DNA of 64,000 nt from Camelus ferus (lineage: Eukaryota). Location: assembly GCF_009834535.1 (NCBI RefSeq), contig NC_045707.1, positions 47,246,001-47,310,000 on the forward strand. The letters run 5' to 3'. Numbering within the stretch: the first letter of the stretch is position 1; each line of letters begins with the position of its first letter. The translations under genes and the position numbers were made by a program. Under the pieces are notes generated by a model that had not been told where the DNA came from, did not search any database, and saw only the letters and a program-made list of their open reading frames with translations. Shown one piece after another: positions 11,538-22,388 of this stretch.

Positions 11538-11990
11538 TGTGTTAGTTTCCAGGGCTGCTATAACAAAGTATCACAAACTTGGTGGCTTAAAACAACAGAA
11601 ATTTATTCTCTCACAATCTGGAGGCCAGAAATCCCAAATCAAGGTGTCAGGGTCATGTTCTCTCGAAGTTTCTAGAGGAGGATCCTTCTTTGCCTCTTCC
11701 TCGCTTCTTGTGGTTATTGGCAGTTCTTGGTGTTCCTTGGCTTGTGGTATAATCACTCCAATTTCTGCCTCCCTCTTCACATGGCTGTCTTCCCTCTGTA
11801 TGTGTCTGTATCCAAATTTCCCTCTTCTTAAGGAAGACTAGCCATTGGATTAGAGACCATCTTAATCCAATATGTCCTCATTTTAACTTGATTCCATCTG
11901 CAAAGACTCTCTTTCTAAAGATGGTCAAGTTCACAGGTATTGGGGATTAGGACTTCAACATATCCTTTTTGGGGACACAACTCAGTGGAT
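11538..11990 (-). mobile_element. MLT1 (MaLR) solo LTR, MLT1B/C-like
   Basis: tgtgttagtttccagggctgctataacaaagtatcacaaacttggtggcttaaaacaacagaaatttattctctcaca...gggattaggacttcaacatat. Confidence 0.9.
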
Positions 11991-12049
11991 AATAGATGCC
12001 CTACAATTGTTTCTAGCTTGGCATTTTTCAAAGTACCCTCACAATCCCT

Positions 12050-12295
12050 GCAGAAAGCAGTTTGTAATACCTGGTTAAGAATACACAATTTGGTGCAGAT
12101 CTGAGTTTAAGTCCTGCCTCTGCCCCTTGGGATATGACCTTGGACAACTGACATCAGCTCTCTAAGCTTCAGTTTCCATGTCTGTAAAATGAGGAAAGTA
12201 GTCTCACCTACTGTATGATTGTTACATATTGGATGCTGAGACCAGACCCTGACACATGGGCCTTACTCAGAAAACGTAGGTCTCATTGTTATGCA
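12050..12295 (+). mobile_element. MIR SINE
   Basis: tgaccttggacaa...ctctctaagcttcagtttccatgtctgtaaaatg. Confidence 0.75.
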
Positions 12296-13239
12296 GGTAG
12301 CCTCTTCCCTTCCCTCCTCCACTTGCCCTTGGTCAGTTGTCACATGGACTGACAGCAGAGCTGGACACTGCACTTGTGAGTCCCAACAGCACGCTCCACA
12401 TACAGACACCTACCCACTGTCAGCACACTAAGCCCTCCGGACCAGAAGATGTCAAGTCAACTCAAGATTTATCCAGGAGACAAGTTGAGCTTTCTACATC
12501 CTTCCTCGTCCCTGCCTTGTCTATTTGCCAAGCTGAAAGTGGCAAAGCGTAAATGTTAAGAAAACAGTTTTTGGGAATGAGATGGGGATTGTGAGCTTAG
12601 GTCACCCCTGTGGGGTACTTTTTGTAGACAGCTCCCCTCTCCGCTCCACCTTCTGTGTGTCCTGGAGGCAGGCAGATTCCGCATGCTGCAGACAAAACTC
12701 CCCTGCCGTGGTTTTCTGCTCATTTCATGCTCCTGATGCTGGTGTGGCTCTGAAGGAGTTGTTGGTAAAGACAAACCACCATCTGTTGTTGGGGGAAGAA
12801 AATGAAAAGAAAGAAAAAAAAATCCAGGCTTTTATCTCTGTGCCCCTTAAAATTGCCAAAGGTCTTATTGCTGAGAGAGGGAACAAGTTGGGTTTTATCT
12901 TTCTGCCCCTGCCAGGCAGCCACACGAACATCAAAGGTCTCAGGGCCCTGGGGGGTGGGGGGTGGGGAGATGGGGTGTAATGTGAGTAGAGGCAAAACCA
13001 GGCTGGGCTCCAGCAAGGAGTGCTGGGTGCTTCCAGGGAGTTGGGCTCCTTTGATAGTGGCTGTCTAGGCAGGAGGAGGAGGAGCTCACAGTTTTAGCAG
13101 GAAAAGGGGAGGCTCTAAGATGTCTGAAGTGAAATGGATGAAACCATTCTGTGCACGGAGAACGAGATGTTCTCCCCACATTCAAAATGCTGGCTGCCTG
13201 GTGAAGAGGTGGGGGTCACACTGCATGGCACAGTCATGG

Positions 13240-13470
13240 TTATCACCAGTTTTTTTCTGCACACGTAGAATGTGCCAGGATCTGTGGTAAGTGCTTCACA
13301 TTTAGTTTCATTTAGTCTTCACCACAACCTTGCATTGTAGGAATTGCTATCTCATTCTACCTATGAGCAAACTGAGGCTAAAGGGGCCAAGTGACTTGCC
13401 TGCGGTCTCACCAAGACAGCTCAGTCTGACACCAAAGTTTGCCCTCAGCCACTAGGCTCTGTGACTTCCT
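13240..13470 (-). mobile_element. MIR SINE
   Basis: aatgtgccagga...caaactgaggctaaaggggccaagtgacttgcct. Confidence 0.8.
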
Positions 13471-13694
13471 GACATGTTTTAAATGCTACAAACACAGAAA
13501 CAAAGCAGAGAAATTAATCTTCTTTCAGTGACCAATAACGAATATAGAGAAGTTAGGTACTAGTGCAGAGAGGATGGATCTAGAGTTTGAGATGGATACA
13601 ACTTTTGTTTTATGTGTGACCCTCGATGGATGCAAGTTATATCTGAACCTCAGATTTTCGTCTGTAAGATGAGAATGTTCACAGATATCTTATA

Positions 13695-14265
13695 GTCTAT
13701 AGGATGCTTTGGGGTAAATGACATAGAAAACTCCTATTCAGCTTACTTCAGTAAAAAAAAAGTTTATTATCTTATATATCAGGAAGTCCCAAGGAAGACC
13801 ATTTCCAGCCTTGGTTAGTTCAGTGGCTCAAAAATGTTATCAAGAACCCATCAATTTTTCTTCTTTCCGCTCTGCCATATTAGGTGTGACACATTTTGTC
13901 CTTAGTCAAGTTAGCTCCTCTCAGGATTGCAAGATGGATGTGATGTTTCCAGGCATCACATGTAGACTCAATAAAGGTTGTGCTTTTCCCCACATAGGTT
14001 TTTTTTTAAGAGCATGAAACCTCTTTTTTTTTTTTTTTTTAGAATCTCTTTCCCTGCCCTTACCTCCCAGCCATGTCTAATCAATCACTGGCAAGGAAAC
14101 TGGGACCACCAGGGGGGCCTTAGACACATCAGGCTTTACTTCTGGGGAAAACTGGGTAGGGGCCCTTTCCTGAGACTTGTAGGGGAAGGTGAACACTTCT
14201 GGTCCAATGCTGGAGTTCTTTTACCACTGAAGAAGAGGGGATAACTGTTGGGTAGACACCTTAAT
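13695..14265 (-). mobile_element. Old MLT1 (MLT1J/K/L-like) LTR
   Basis: gtctataggatgctttggggtaaatgacatagaaaact...ctttccgctctgccat...caagatgg...ctgttgggtagaca. Confidence 0.6.
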
Positions 14266-14658
14266 ATATCCTACAGAATGCCCAGTGCCCAGCACAGAGC
14301 CTGGTAGCTCTGAGAGCTTTTTCCCCCTTCCCATCCACTCAGCTAAATGAGGGGAGGCAGCCCATTTTGATTGGTTAAGTTTCCAATTATGAGATATTTT
14401 TTAAAAGATATATTGTGATGCCTTTATGCAGTCCAACAATTCAGGGATTTGAAAAAAAAAAAAAAAAAAAGAGTATTCAGGGATAATCCTGGCTGAGAAC
14501 TCTTTGGGAATGGAGAGGGACAGCAGAAGATCCATTTATTTTATTAAGCTTCAGGAAAAGATAAACTCATGACTCTCATACAGATACAAAATGAACATGT
14601 GTTAAAGAATTCATTTTACTCATAGGATACAAGGGAACTAGGCAGATGTTATAACTGG

Positions 14659-15125
14659 CATATTAGTTTGCTAGGGTTGCCATAGCCAAGTACCTCAAAC
14701 TGGGTGGCTTAAACCACGCAAATTTATTGTCTCACAGTTCTGGAGGCTTGAGGGCTGAGATCAAAGAGTTGTTGGCAGGATTGCTACCTTCCGAGGGCTG
14801 TGAGGGAGAACCTGTTCCATACCTTTCTCCTGGGTTTGGAGGTTTCCTGGAAATCTACAACATTCCTTAGCTTATAGATGTATTATCCTGACCCCTGCCT
14901 TCCTCTTTGTTTGGTGTTCTCCCTGTGTGCATGTCTCTTTGTCCAAATTTCTCCCTTTTATAAGGACACAATCACACTGGATTAGAGCCCACCCTAATGA
15001 TTTCATCTTAGCTCGATCACCTGCGAAAACCCTATTTCCAAATAAGGTCACATTCAGAGGTATTGAGGGTTAGGACTTTGACATATCTTTTTTTGGGGGG
15101 GGGGGATACCATTCAACCTGTAACA
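14659..15125 (-). mobile_element. MLT1 (MLT1C-like) solo LTR
   Basis: tattagtttgctagggttgccatagccaagtacctcaaactgggtggcttaaa...ccctatttccaaataaggtcacattc; possible 5-bp TSD actgg/actgt. Confidence 0.9.
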
Positions 15126-16742
15126 ACTGTTTCAAAGGAAAAGCCAAAATAGCACAGTAATATCAGTAAAGGGATGTTGAGATGAATTGCAAATGGAGAC
15201 AAAACTTTTTTCCACAGGGCTGGTTGTTGTTGGTGGGGGTGAGGGAGGTTATCAATTCAGTCATTACCACAAGGATAGAGATTACATATCTACCAGTTAT
15301 CTATGATTTACAAAGTTCTGCAAAAAAACTCTAACACAATGAACAGGGGTAGAATTTCATAACCGGCTATAGATGATACATAGCATTGAAACATAAAGTA
15401 TTTTCCCAGACTGCTATTAGTCCATTCATTTTATTTCATGGATTAAGTGGTCCTAAAATCTGCTGAGCATTCAGTAGTCCTGGAATCTCATTTGCATGAT
15501 TCACTTTCTTGGCAAACTTGCAGCCACCTCCATCTTCTAGTCCTGTTTGCAGTAGCATTGGTGGGAGGTTTGGCCATGTTTCTGCAGTGGGGCTGTTGGA
15601 TGCTTGAGGATGGCAGAGTTGTAGAGTTGCAGATGTCCTCTGTTCATTCCCACTTGGTCACCTCAGGGAGGCAGGAGACCAGGCTTCTCGGATGCATTCC
15701 CACAGCTGCATGAGCTGCACCATCTGGGACACCATGAGCCATTTTCTGTGTTGTATTTACCATCTCTGGTCTTCCTGCCTCAGCCTCCAAAATGCTTAAG
15801 GCAGAATTCTCCAGTGTTTGCTGGACCTGCTGAAATTCTTTCCATGGCCACATGGATGTGAGAGAAAAGAACTGACAGAGACAGAAACAGATTTTCAGAG
15901 TTTCTATGTATTAAAGAATGAAACACAAGCTGAACTTCTTCAGAAAGTGCTTTAAGAAATTGTAGACACAGGGGCTCAAGAAGGAGATGTCTTTCTCTTT
16001 GATAAAAATAACTTTGGGAAAAGATAAATTCAGGAATTCTCTCCCCCATGATTCATTACTCTTTGGCATACTTACTGTATCATTTCCCTCTTTTTACTAT
16101 GTTGCTTTTTTTTTTTTTTCCCGAAAGAGAAAATCTTACTGGAGAAAACCAGGCCAAGCTCAACAAGGCCAAGGAACTTTCCCGCAAGAAATGATTCTAT
16201 CTGTAACAAGGCCAGTCTCGTGGACTGCCGCTCATAATCTATAGGAAAGCAGTAAATTTCCTTTCATCTTTTTGCCCAATTTTCTCATTTACTCCCACTT
16301 ATTTAAGCTCTTACCAATTTCTTAGGTTGCACCCTTCCCAGCAGTTCCCCAAGCAGATGTCCTGCCATGGTCAAAAGTCTCAATCTTAAATTCTTCATCA
16401 GCACCATGGGCCTCTGCAGGCAGAACCCACCCTCTAAAGCTTGGGTGGCCCTTGTCATTTCTCTTTCCTGTCTGTTGGTGAACTCGCCTCACATGTCTGA
16501 AGAGAAAACAGAAGAGGAATAGTGCTCTTTGCATTTTGTCTCTAAATCCCAGGCCAAGATTCCTTCAGGCTTCTCAGTTTCTTCTGAGACCTCATTTGCC
16601 TGGCTGATTCATTATGTGAAATCCTGGGCACTCTTCTATCTCTTAGGAACTATATACTCTTTCTAGACTTTGCCAGTTCCCCTCACTTATTCCTTCTTTT
16701 CAGCTTTTTCCATTTATTAAGTACTGATTGCATGATGGGCAG

Positions 16743-16908
16743 TTTTTTTGTTTTTTGTTTTTGTTTTTTTGGTGAATGGGCAGAGGTCATTATGTCTATT
16801 TATTTATTATTAGTTTTGTTTTTTTTTTAACGGAGGTACTGGGGATTGAACCCAGGACCTCGTGCATGTTAAGCACGTGCTCTACTACTTGAGCTATACC
16901 CTCTCCCC
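16743..16908 (-). mobile_element. tRNA-Ala-derived camelid SINE (Vic-1 type) inserted in a MIR
   Basis: Minus strand GGGGAGAGGGTATAGCTCAAGTAGTAGAGCACGTGCTTAACATGCACGAGGTCCTGGGTTCAATCCCCAGTACCTCC with A/B boxes and an A-rich tail. Confidence 0.9.
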
Positions 16909-17090
16909 GGCTAAGCACTTTAATACATTATTTTATCTCATCTTCAACACAGCTCTGTGGAGTAGGTGCAGTAATGATTCTCAGTTTATAGTTGAGAAAG
17001 CAGGTTAAAGATGGTTAGAAGACCAGCCTGTGGTCATGTGGCTAAGTTGAAGAATCAGGATTTGAATACAGGCCTAAATGATGGAAAAGC
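16909..17090 (-). mobile_element. MIR SINE
   Basis: ctaagcactttaatacattattttatctcatcttcaacacagctctgtggagtagg...caggatttgaatacagg. Confidence 0.75.
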
Positions 17091-17660
17091 CAATATAATT
17101 TACTTGCATGATCATGTGCCATGGGGGAGAAGCTTGTAGTATAAGATTCTAGGGAAAAAATGGTGAAATCAATATATTTTGTCAGCTACAAAACTTTGAA
17201 GAAGACGAGCTGCCAAAAGTGATTAGGGTGGGGACCTCAGGTTAGGTAAATTATGGTGAGTTATTGGTGTTCTCACAATGTGGTGCTTCCCTATTTTCCT
17301 TGGATTGCTTCCTTTCATGTACTTCTCTCAAAGGCTGAGACTATCCTGGGGCCGCATTGATCTCTCTGAAGGCAGAAGGTTACATGATTTTCTGGGGATC
17401 AGACTTTTAATGAATTCTGGCAGGGATGGTCTAGCATGTAGACATTTCTAAATTTTCAAATATGAAATTTAGAAAATTTAGAAACATATGAAATTTTATC
17501 TTTGAGGTTCCTCATCTCTCATTTTTGTTATCCTTTTCCTTTTTTCACATTTGAGCCCAATCTCTCTCCCTCACTGCAAAATCCCATTGCAGTGGTCCTT
17601 ATACCTATTGTGATGGTCCGGAATCAAGTCTGCCTTTACTATCTTTAACAAGAACAGTTA

Positions 17661-17679
17661 TGGTGCTATGACTTGGAAT
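17661..17679 (+). other. Retroviral primer-binding site, tRNA-His type (CpG-decayed)
   Basis: tggtgctatgacttggaat versus the tRNA-His PBS TGGTGCCGTGACTCGGAT; the differences fall mainly at CpGs. Confidence 0.7.
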
Positions 17680-17994
17680 AGATCAGGTTCATCACTGGAC
17701 CCCCAGACCTCTCACCTAGGACCCTAAGAGTGCATCTTTGCAGCCTTTGTCTTCAATCCTGAATGACTGCTCAGGGATCCATTGAAGAGTCTAACTCCTG
17801 AACCAGGGCTCCAGACAGACTTCCTTTGAAGCTGGTAAAGACAGATTTTGACTCTTAAGATTCAGAGTATACTCCAGAAGCTGAGTCAGAGTTCCAGACA
17901 GAGATGCTGGGTGAGAGTCCAACGTGTCTCTGTTTGTCAGAAGCTGAGTTAGACAGCTCATTTCTTTTCATTTTTTTCCTTTTTGCAGCTGAGA

Positions 17995-18135
17995 TCTGTT
18001 TATTTTTTATTTTGGGGGGGAGGGGAAGGTAACTCAGTTTATTTATGTATTTATGTTTAGAGGAGGTACTGGGAATTGAACCTAGGACCTTGCACATGCT
18101 AAGCATGCACTCTACCACTTGAGCTGTACCCTCCC
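17995..18135 (-). mobile_element. tRNA-Ala-derived camelid SINE nested in the ERV
   Basis: Minus strand GGGAGGGTACAGCTCAAGTGGTAGAGTGCATGCTTAGCATGTGCAAGGTCCTAGGTTCAATTCCCAGTACCTCC. Confidence 0.9.
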
Positions 18136-21100
18136 ACAAGAAGCTGAGTTAGAGTCCCAGGCTTCCTTGTTTGAAAGGTGCTTGCTGAGCTGGAAGTCTC
18201 TTCTTCCTGGCTTTCTTTCCTAAGTGAGGAGTATTCCCTGATTTGGGGGCTGGAAGTCTTTCTCCTTGGCTCTCTAGGAGGCCTCTCTGTTCTTTCTATG
18301 GGATTCTGCTTCTCCAATGGGAACCTCTCCGTCCACTGAAACCCCATTCTTGAACCTCTACTGGTTATGTGCTCCATAACTCTGCTGCTGTTCTTTGGGC
18401 ATGATTTTGCTGGGATAGTTTGGAACTTCACTGGCTTCTTTGGAAAACTTGAGATCTCCCCAAACTGGCTTTCCTAGGACCTCTCCCTTCCCATTGTATC
18501 TGCTCCTCTTTCCTCCTCTTGCCACCTTTCTTGTTCCCTCCGGTTCCCCTGAATCCTTTTATACGTCCCCTTCAAACCTCTACCTCCTCCATCCCTCTGT
18601 CCACCCTGCCAGACCTTTCCCTTTCCACTTTGGCCCCCTGGCTTCCTATAGCCACTTGAATTTTAGGCCCCCTACCCTCCATCAAGGGCCCTCAAGGGAC
18701 CCAGGGACTTCCAAAAGCACCTGAGGATGAAAAGAGTAAAAAGGGCTACTTAGAAACAGACCTAGATGTGCACTGGAGACATCTAGATAGCTACTGGTTA
18801 TCTACTTGGTCAGTGGCCTAAAATTTGGTCCACAGCCTCCATCAGATTACATATCAGGGCCAAAGAAAATCTTAAAAGTCTCCTCCACAGATATTGGTAG
18901 ACAGGTAATCTTAACTGGTCCCTTTTGCTGGAAACACAATTTAGACAAAAATATAAAGAAGAAATAAACTAGAGAGTTTGTATTACTATGTTTTACTGAC
19001 TCATGACTAAAATTTTAGAATAAAGGCTATAAGATCTCTGTTGCATTTGTAAGCATGTTATAAATGCATGTGATATTCTTCTATTTCTGGATGGTATTAC
19101 CAAATTAACTTATAAAATATTTTAAAGGAATTCTTTTCAAACTGACTTAGAGACAAATGAACACATATAAATTAAGTTTTCCTAAAACTGTCAGAAATAT
19201 AGAAACCAACCGAAGTGTTTTTTAAGTTTACATGATCGGGGATATTCTTTGGTAAATAAAGGTAGTTTTAAAATTGTTGATAGAATAAAACATGTATGTC
19301 TTCAGCAGTTTCAGCATTAAATATAATGTGGATAGACATTTTTTTCCTACCTAGGTTTTTGATTCAAACAAGCTTTTATTGTCTCTACTAAATATTCACA
19401 TTTATAAAACTATAAATCTAACCTCAGAACAAAATGTACAGTAAAATGGAATTGCTTGATGCATGTCAAGCATGACAGTAAAAAAGAAAAAGAAAGAATC
19501 ATATGTTTAACTTCAGGTTTTCTAGTTTTGTGATTTTGTGTGTGTGTGTGTGTGGATACTTTCCTGAATAGTCAACAAGGGAAATAAATAAAGATGATGG
19601 CTAGCTTTGTTTAATGTCTCATGAAATTTTTATGAGCAATTCAAGCATAAGTATAAGAACAAGTGAATTAAATAAATATAAGTTGGATAAAATTTATGAA
19701 TGAACTTTCTAACAATAATTTTGCTTTATGTCTACTTAAAAATAGTTGCAAAATGTTTTTGATAATTTGAAACCTTAAAGCTACATTAAGTTAAATGATA
19801 GAATTCATTGAATAGCTAGATAATTTCCAAATAAGATAAAATATTGAGACATAATTGCTGAACATAAATTTATTTTTGGTATCTTGTTTTTATACATTAC
19901 AGAGAAGCCAAATATATTTGCATCTGTTAATAAGCATCAGAAATTGTACTATGAAAAAGACATCCCTCTAGAAAATTATGAAATTATATATTCATAAATT
20001 GGCTACAGAATGAAAGTATGTGGCAGACAGTTCATAATCTTCCACTCCTTGTTTTCACTGAAAAGTAGGGTTGCTAATGGTTAAAAATTCTAATCAATAT
20101 GTATAAATGAATCTATTAGAAATAATAAGGGCAGAGAAAAAAATTCTGTGTGCAGAAAAGTAAAATATGTTTTTGATAAGGGAAGGTATGACGTATGTGT
20201 TTTTGTTAAGGGAAAAAAAGAGTAGTTTTGTCCTAAAGTAGAATAGCTTATTGTTCCAGAATTAGATATAAGAGAGTAAGACAAAAAATGAATCAGTATT
20301 AAAAAAATTTTTTTAGAAGGTTTATGGAAAAGGAAGCTTGGAAAAAGAATTCTTTTCTTGTGTGGCCAAAACTGGCCAAGATTGGATGGATTTGTTTACA
20401 TGGGTTTTTAAAAAACCTTAGCCTTAGTATTAATGGTTCATTGATACAAAGCTACCGCTTGATTTTCTCCCTCTGTTGCAAAGTTTTCTTAGATTATTGG
20501 TTGGCTCTTAATAAGAAATTGTAAAAAAAAAAAAAAAGAATTTTCTTTACCTTTTAAGTAATCTGCCTGGGAAATCAAGGTTTTGTGTCTTAAAATAATT
20601 TCCTGTGCTTCATGCTGTCTTCATCAGCTCTTTGATTACTTAAGAAAACGAAGTCTCAATATTAACAGAGCTAAGTTTTTTTTTAACAACCATGTAACTT
20701 TCTGTATTTGCCTTTGAAATCTTTTAATGGCCACTTTGGTTAAATGGATAACTAAGTTATGTTTTGCTGTGACCTGTGATCCTATTTGGTCAAGTGTGCA
20801 AATCTTTTGACATTTTTGACAACTTTCCAAAATCAAATCCTTAAATGCAGTCTTTTTGACTTCAAACTAACTACAAGATTTCCCTGAAGCACTCCTAGAA
20901 AATCTCAAAGGATTTGTCTGTCACCTGGTAAAGGAAACGTGTTAAGGTAATTAGGTTGAGCTCGCTTCTCAAGGCCCACAGCACTAGGATGTCTTTCTCC
21001 TTAGAAGTTGATTAGCATGACTTGGGCCATTGAATTAGGACTCCCCACCTCCCGAAGCAAAGATTAATTTGGACTGTTTCTGGTTTTGCATTGGAAAAAG

Positions 21101-21744
21101 AAATTTCCAGCTTTTTCAGATAAGATCTCGGTCATTTACAAAGGCTATTACCTTTTCTCCACCCAGCAGGCCGTGATGGTCACATATGGTCATTGCTGGG
21201 GCCACCTCACCCTGGGAGGTCTTTCGAAAAGCTGAAAGACAACACTCTGGCCTCAGACCAAATGTGGAGTGGAAATGGCCTGGCTACTTGGCAGCTTCTC
21301 TGACAGCAGCCCTGCTTGTGGAGGCATCTAGTATCAGGAATATCTTGAGCTCGGGTCCTGGGAAAATTTTTCTCTCCTGCTTTTGTGGAAAAAAAAAAAG
21401 AAAGCTTTAGAGGCTCTGTGTATATGTGTGTGTGTGTATTATATGTCAAATACTTTCAGAAACCTTGGAACTAACCAAAATGGGTTTCAATCTAGAAACA
21501 GTATGTCATTTACGATTGAAACTTTCTATAACTCTTAAGGTTGAGGAACAGAGATTGTTACAGCAAGTTTGTTTTTTTTTTTAACTGCAGTTATTTTGGA
21601 GGTATGAGGGTGGGAAAGCAGATCGTAATTTAAATTATGTGCCAGACATTTTGCATGCAGTTTAATATGAAGACTGGGAGTCAGGATTTGGGATCTGCAG
21701 CCCAAACTGACTTCAGGAACATGCAGAAGAAAAGAACAGTGAGA

Positions 21745-21965
21745 GAGTAACAGTGATTAAGTGTGTTGGCTCAGGTGTTGGTCAAAATCTCAGGTTATTA
21801 GCTGTGTAACTTCTGGACAAATAACTCTCTAAGTCTATCTGCAACATGGGAAGAAAAATGCTTACTTTTTAGTTGTAAGGATTATTTCAATAATATATGT
21901 AAGGCGCTTAGCACAGTTTTAGGTACACATTAACTTCCCAATAAATGGTGGCTTTTATTATAATT
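21745..21965 (+). mobile_element. MIR SINE
   Basis: cagtgattaagtgtgttggctc...ttagctgtgtaac...tatgtaaggcgcttagcacag. Confidence 0.7.
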
Positions 21966-22129
21966 ACTGTTTCTATAATATGCCCAAACCAAACTTAACA
22001 CTTCAGGGCAGCACCCTTAAGGTGGTGATAAGAATCTAGATTGTAGTTTCTGGGTGGCCTGCAGGGTGCAGGGGTTCAAGAAGCAGAGGGAGCCCATTCT
22101 GGAGCAGCTATCTCTAATTTCTCTTTATT

Positions 22130-22388
22130 AATGGCAATCACATTTGGACAGCACTTACAGTTTACAACTTGCTGTATCCTCCCGTTCTCTCCGACATCGT
22201 CTGTTTTTGTTACAAAAACATGTGGGGTAGATGAGGTTAGCCTAGTTCTTAGATAAGGAAACTGAGGTCCAGGGAGGTTAATGACTAGCCCAAAGTTGCA
22301 CAGCTAATAAATGACAGAATTGCAGAACCAAGATATGAATATAGGTCTTAGAATTCCTAATTCAGGGGTTCTTTCTATTATACCACAG
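22130..22388 (-). mobile_element. MIR/MIR3 SINE
   Basis: cagcacttacagtttacaa...gataaggaaactgaggtccagggaggttaatgactagcccaaagttgcacagctaa. Confidence 0.8.

Larger units (their letters stand above)
17555..20950 (+). mobile_element. Truncated ERV1 (MER34/MER4-group-like): 3' part of the 5' LTR, PBS and AT-rich internal region
   Basis: LTR end aatcaagtctgcctttactatctttaaca; PBS-like tggtgctatgacttggaat; pyrimidine-rich leader/gag-like stretch 18150-18720; AT-rich internal sequence typical of non-autonomous MER4-group elements; no intact ORF or 3' LTR seen. Confidence 0.75.

Noticed and set aside
11338..11841. 167-aa plus-strand ORF
   Set aside because: Reads through a microsatellite and an MLT1 LTR; no coding signature.
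16830..16908. tRNA-Ala-like sequence (also at 10195-10267 and 18060-18135)
   Set aside because: Each copy continues into the same SINE body and A-rich tail and has broken stems; these are SINE heads, not tRNA genes.
18440..18724. Pro-rich 94-aa ORF as a domesticated gag
   Set aside because: Short, without an ATG start, and lacking matrix/capsid motifs; a decayed ERV remnant.
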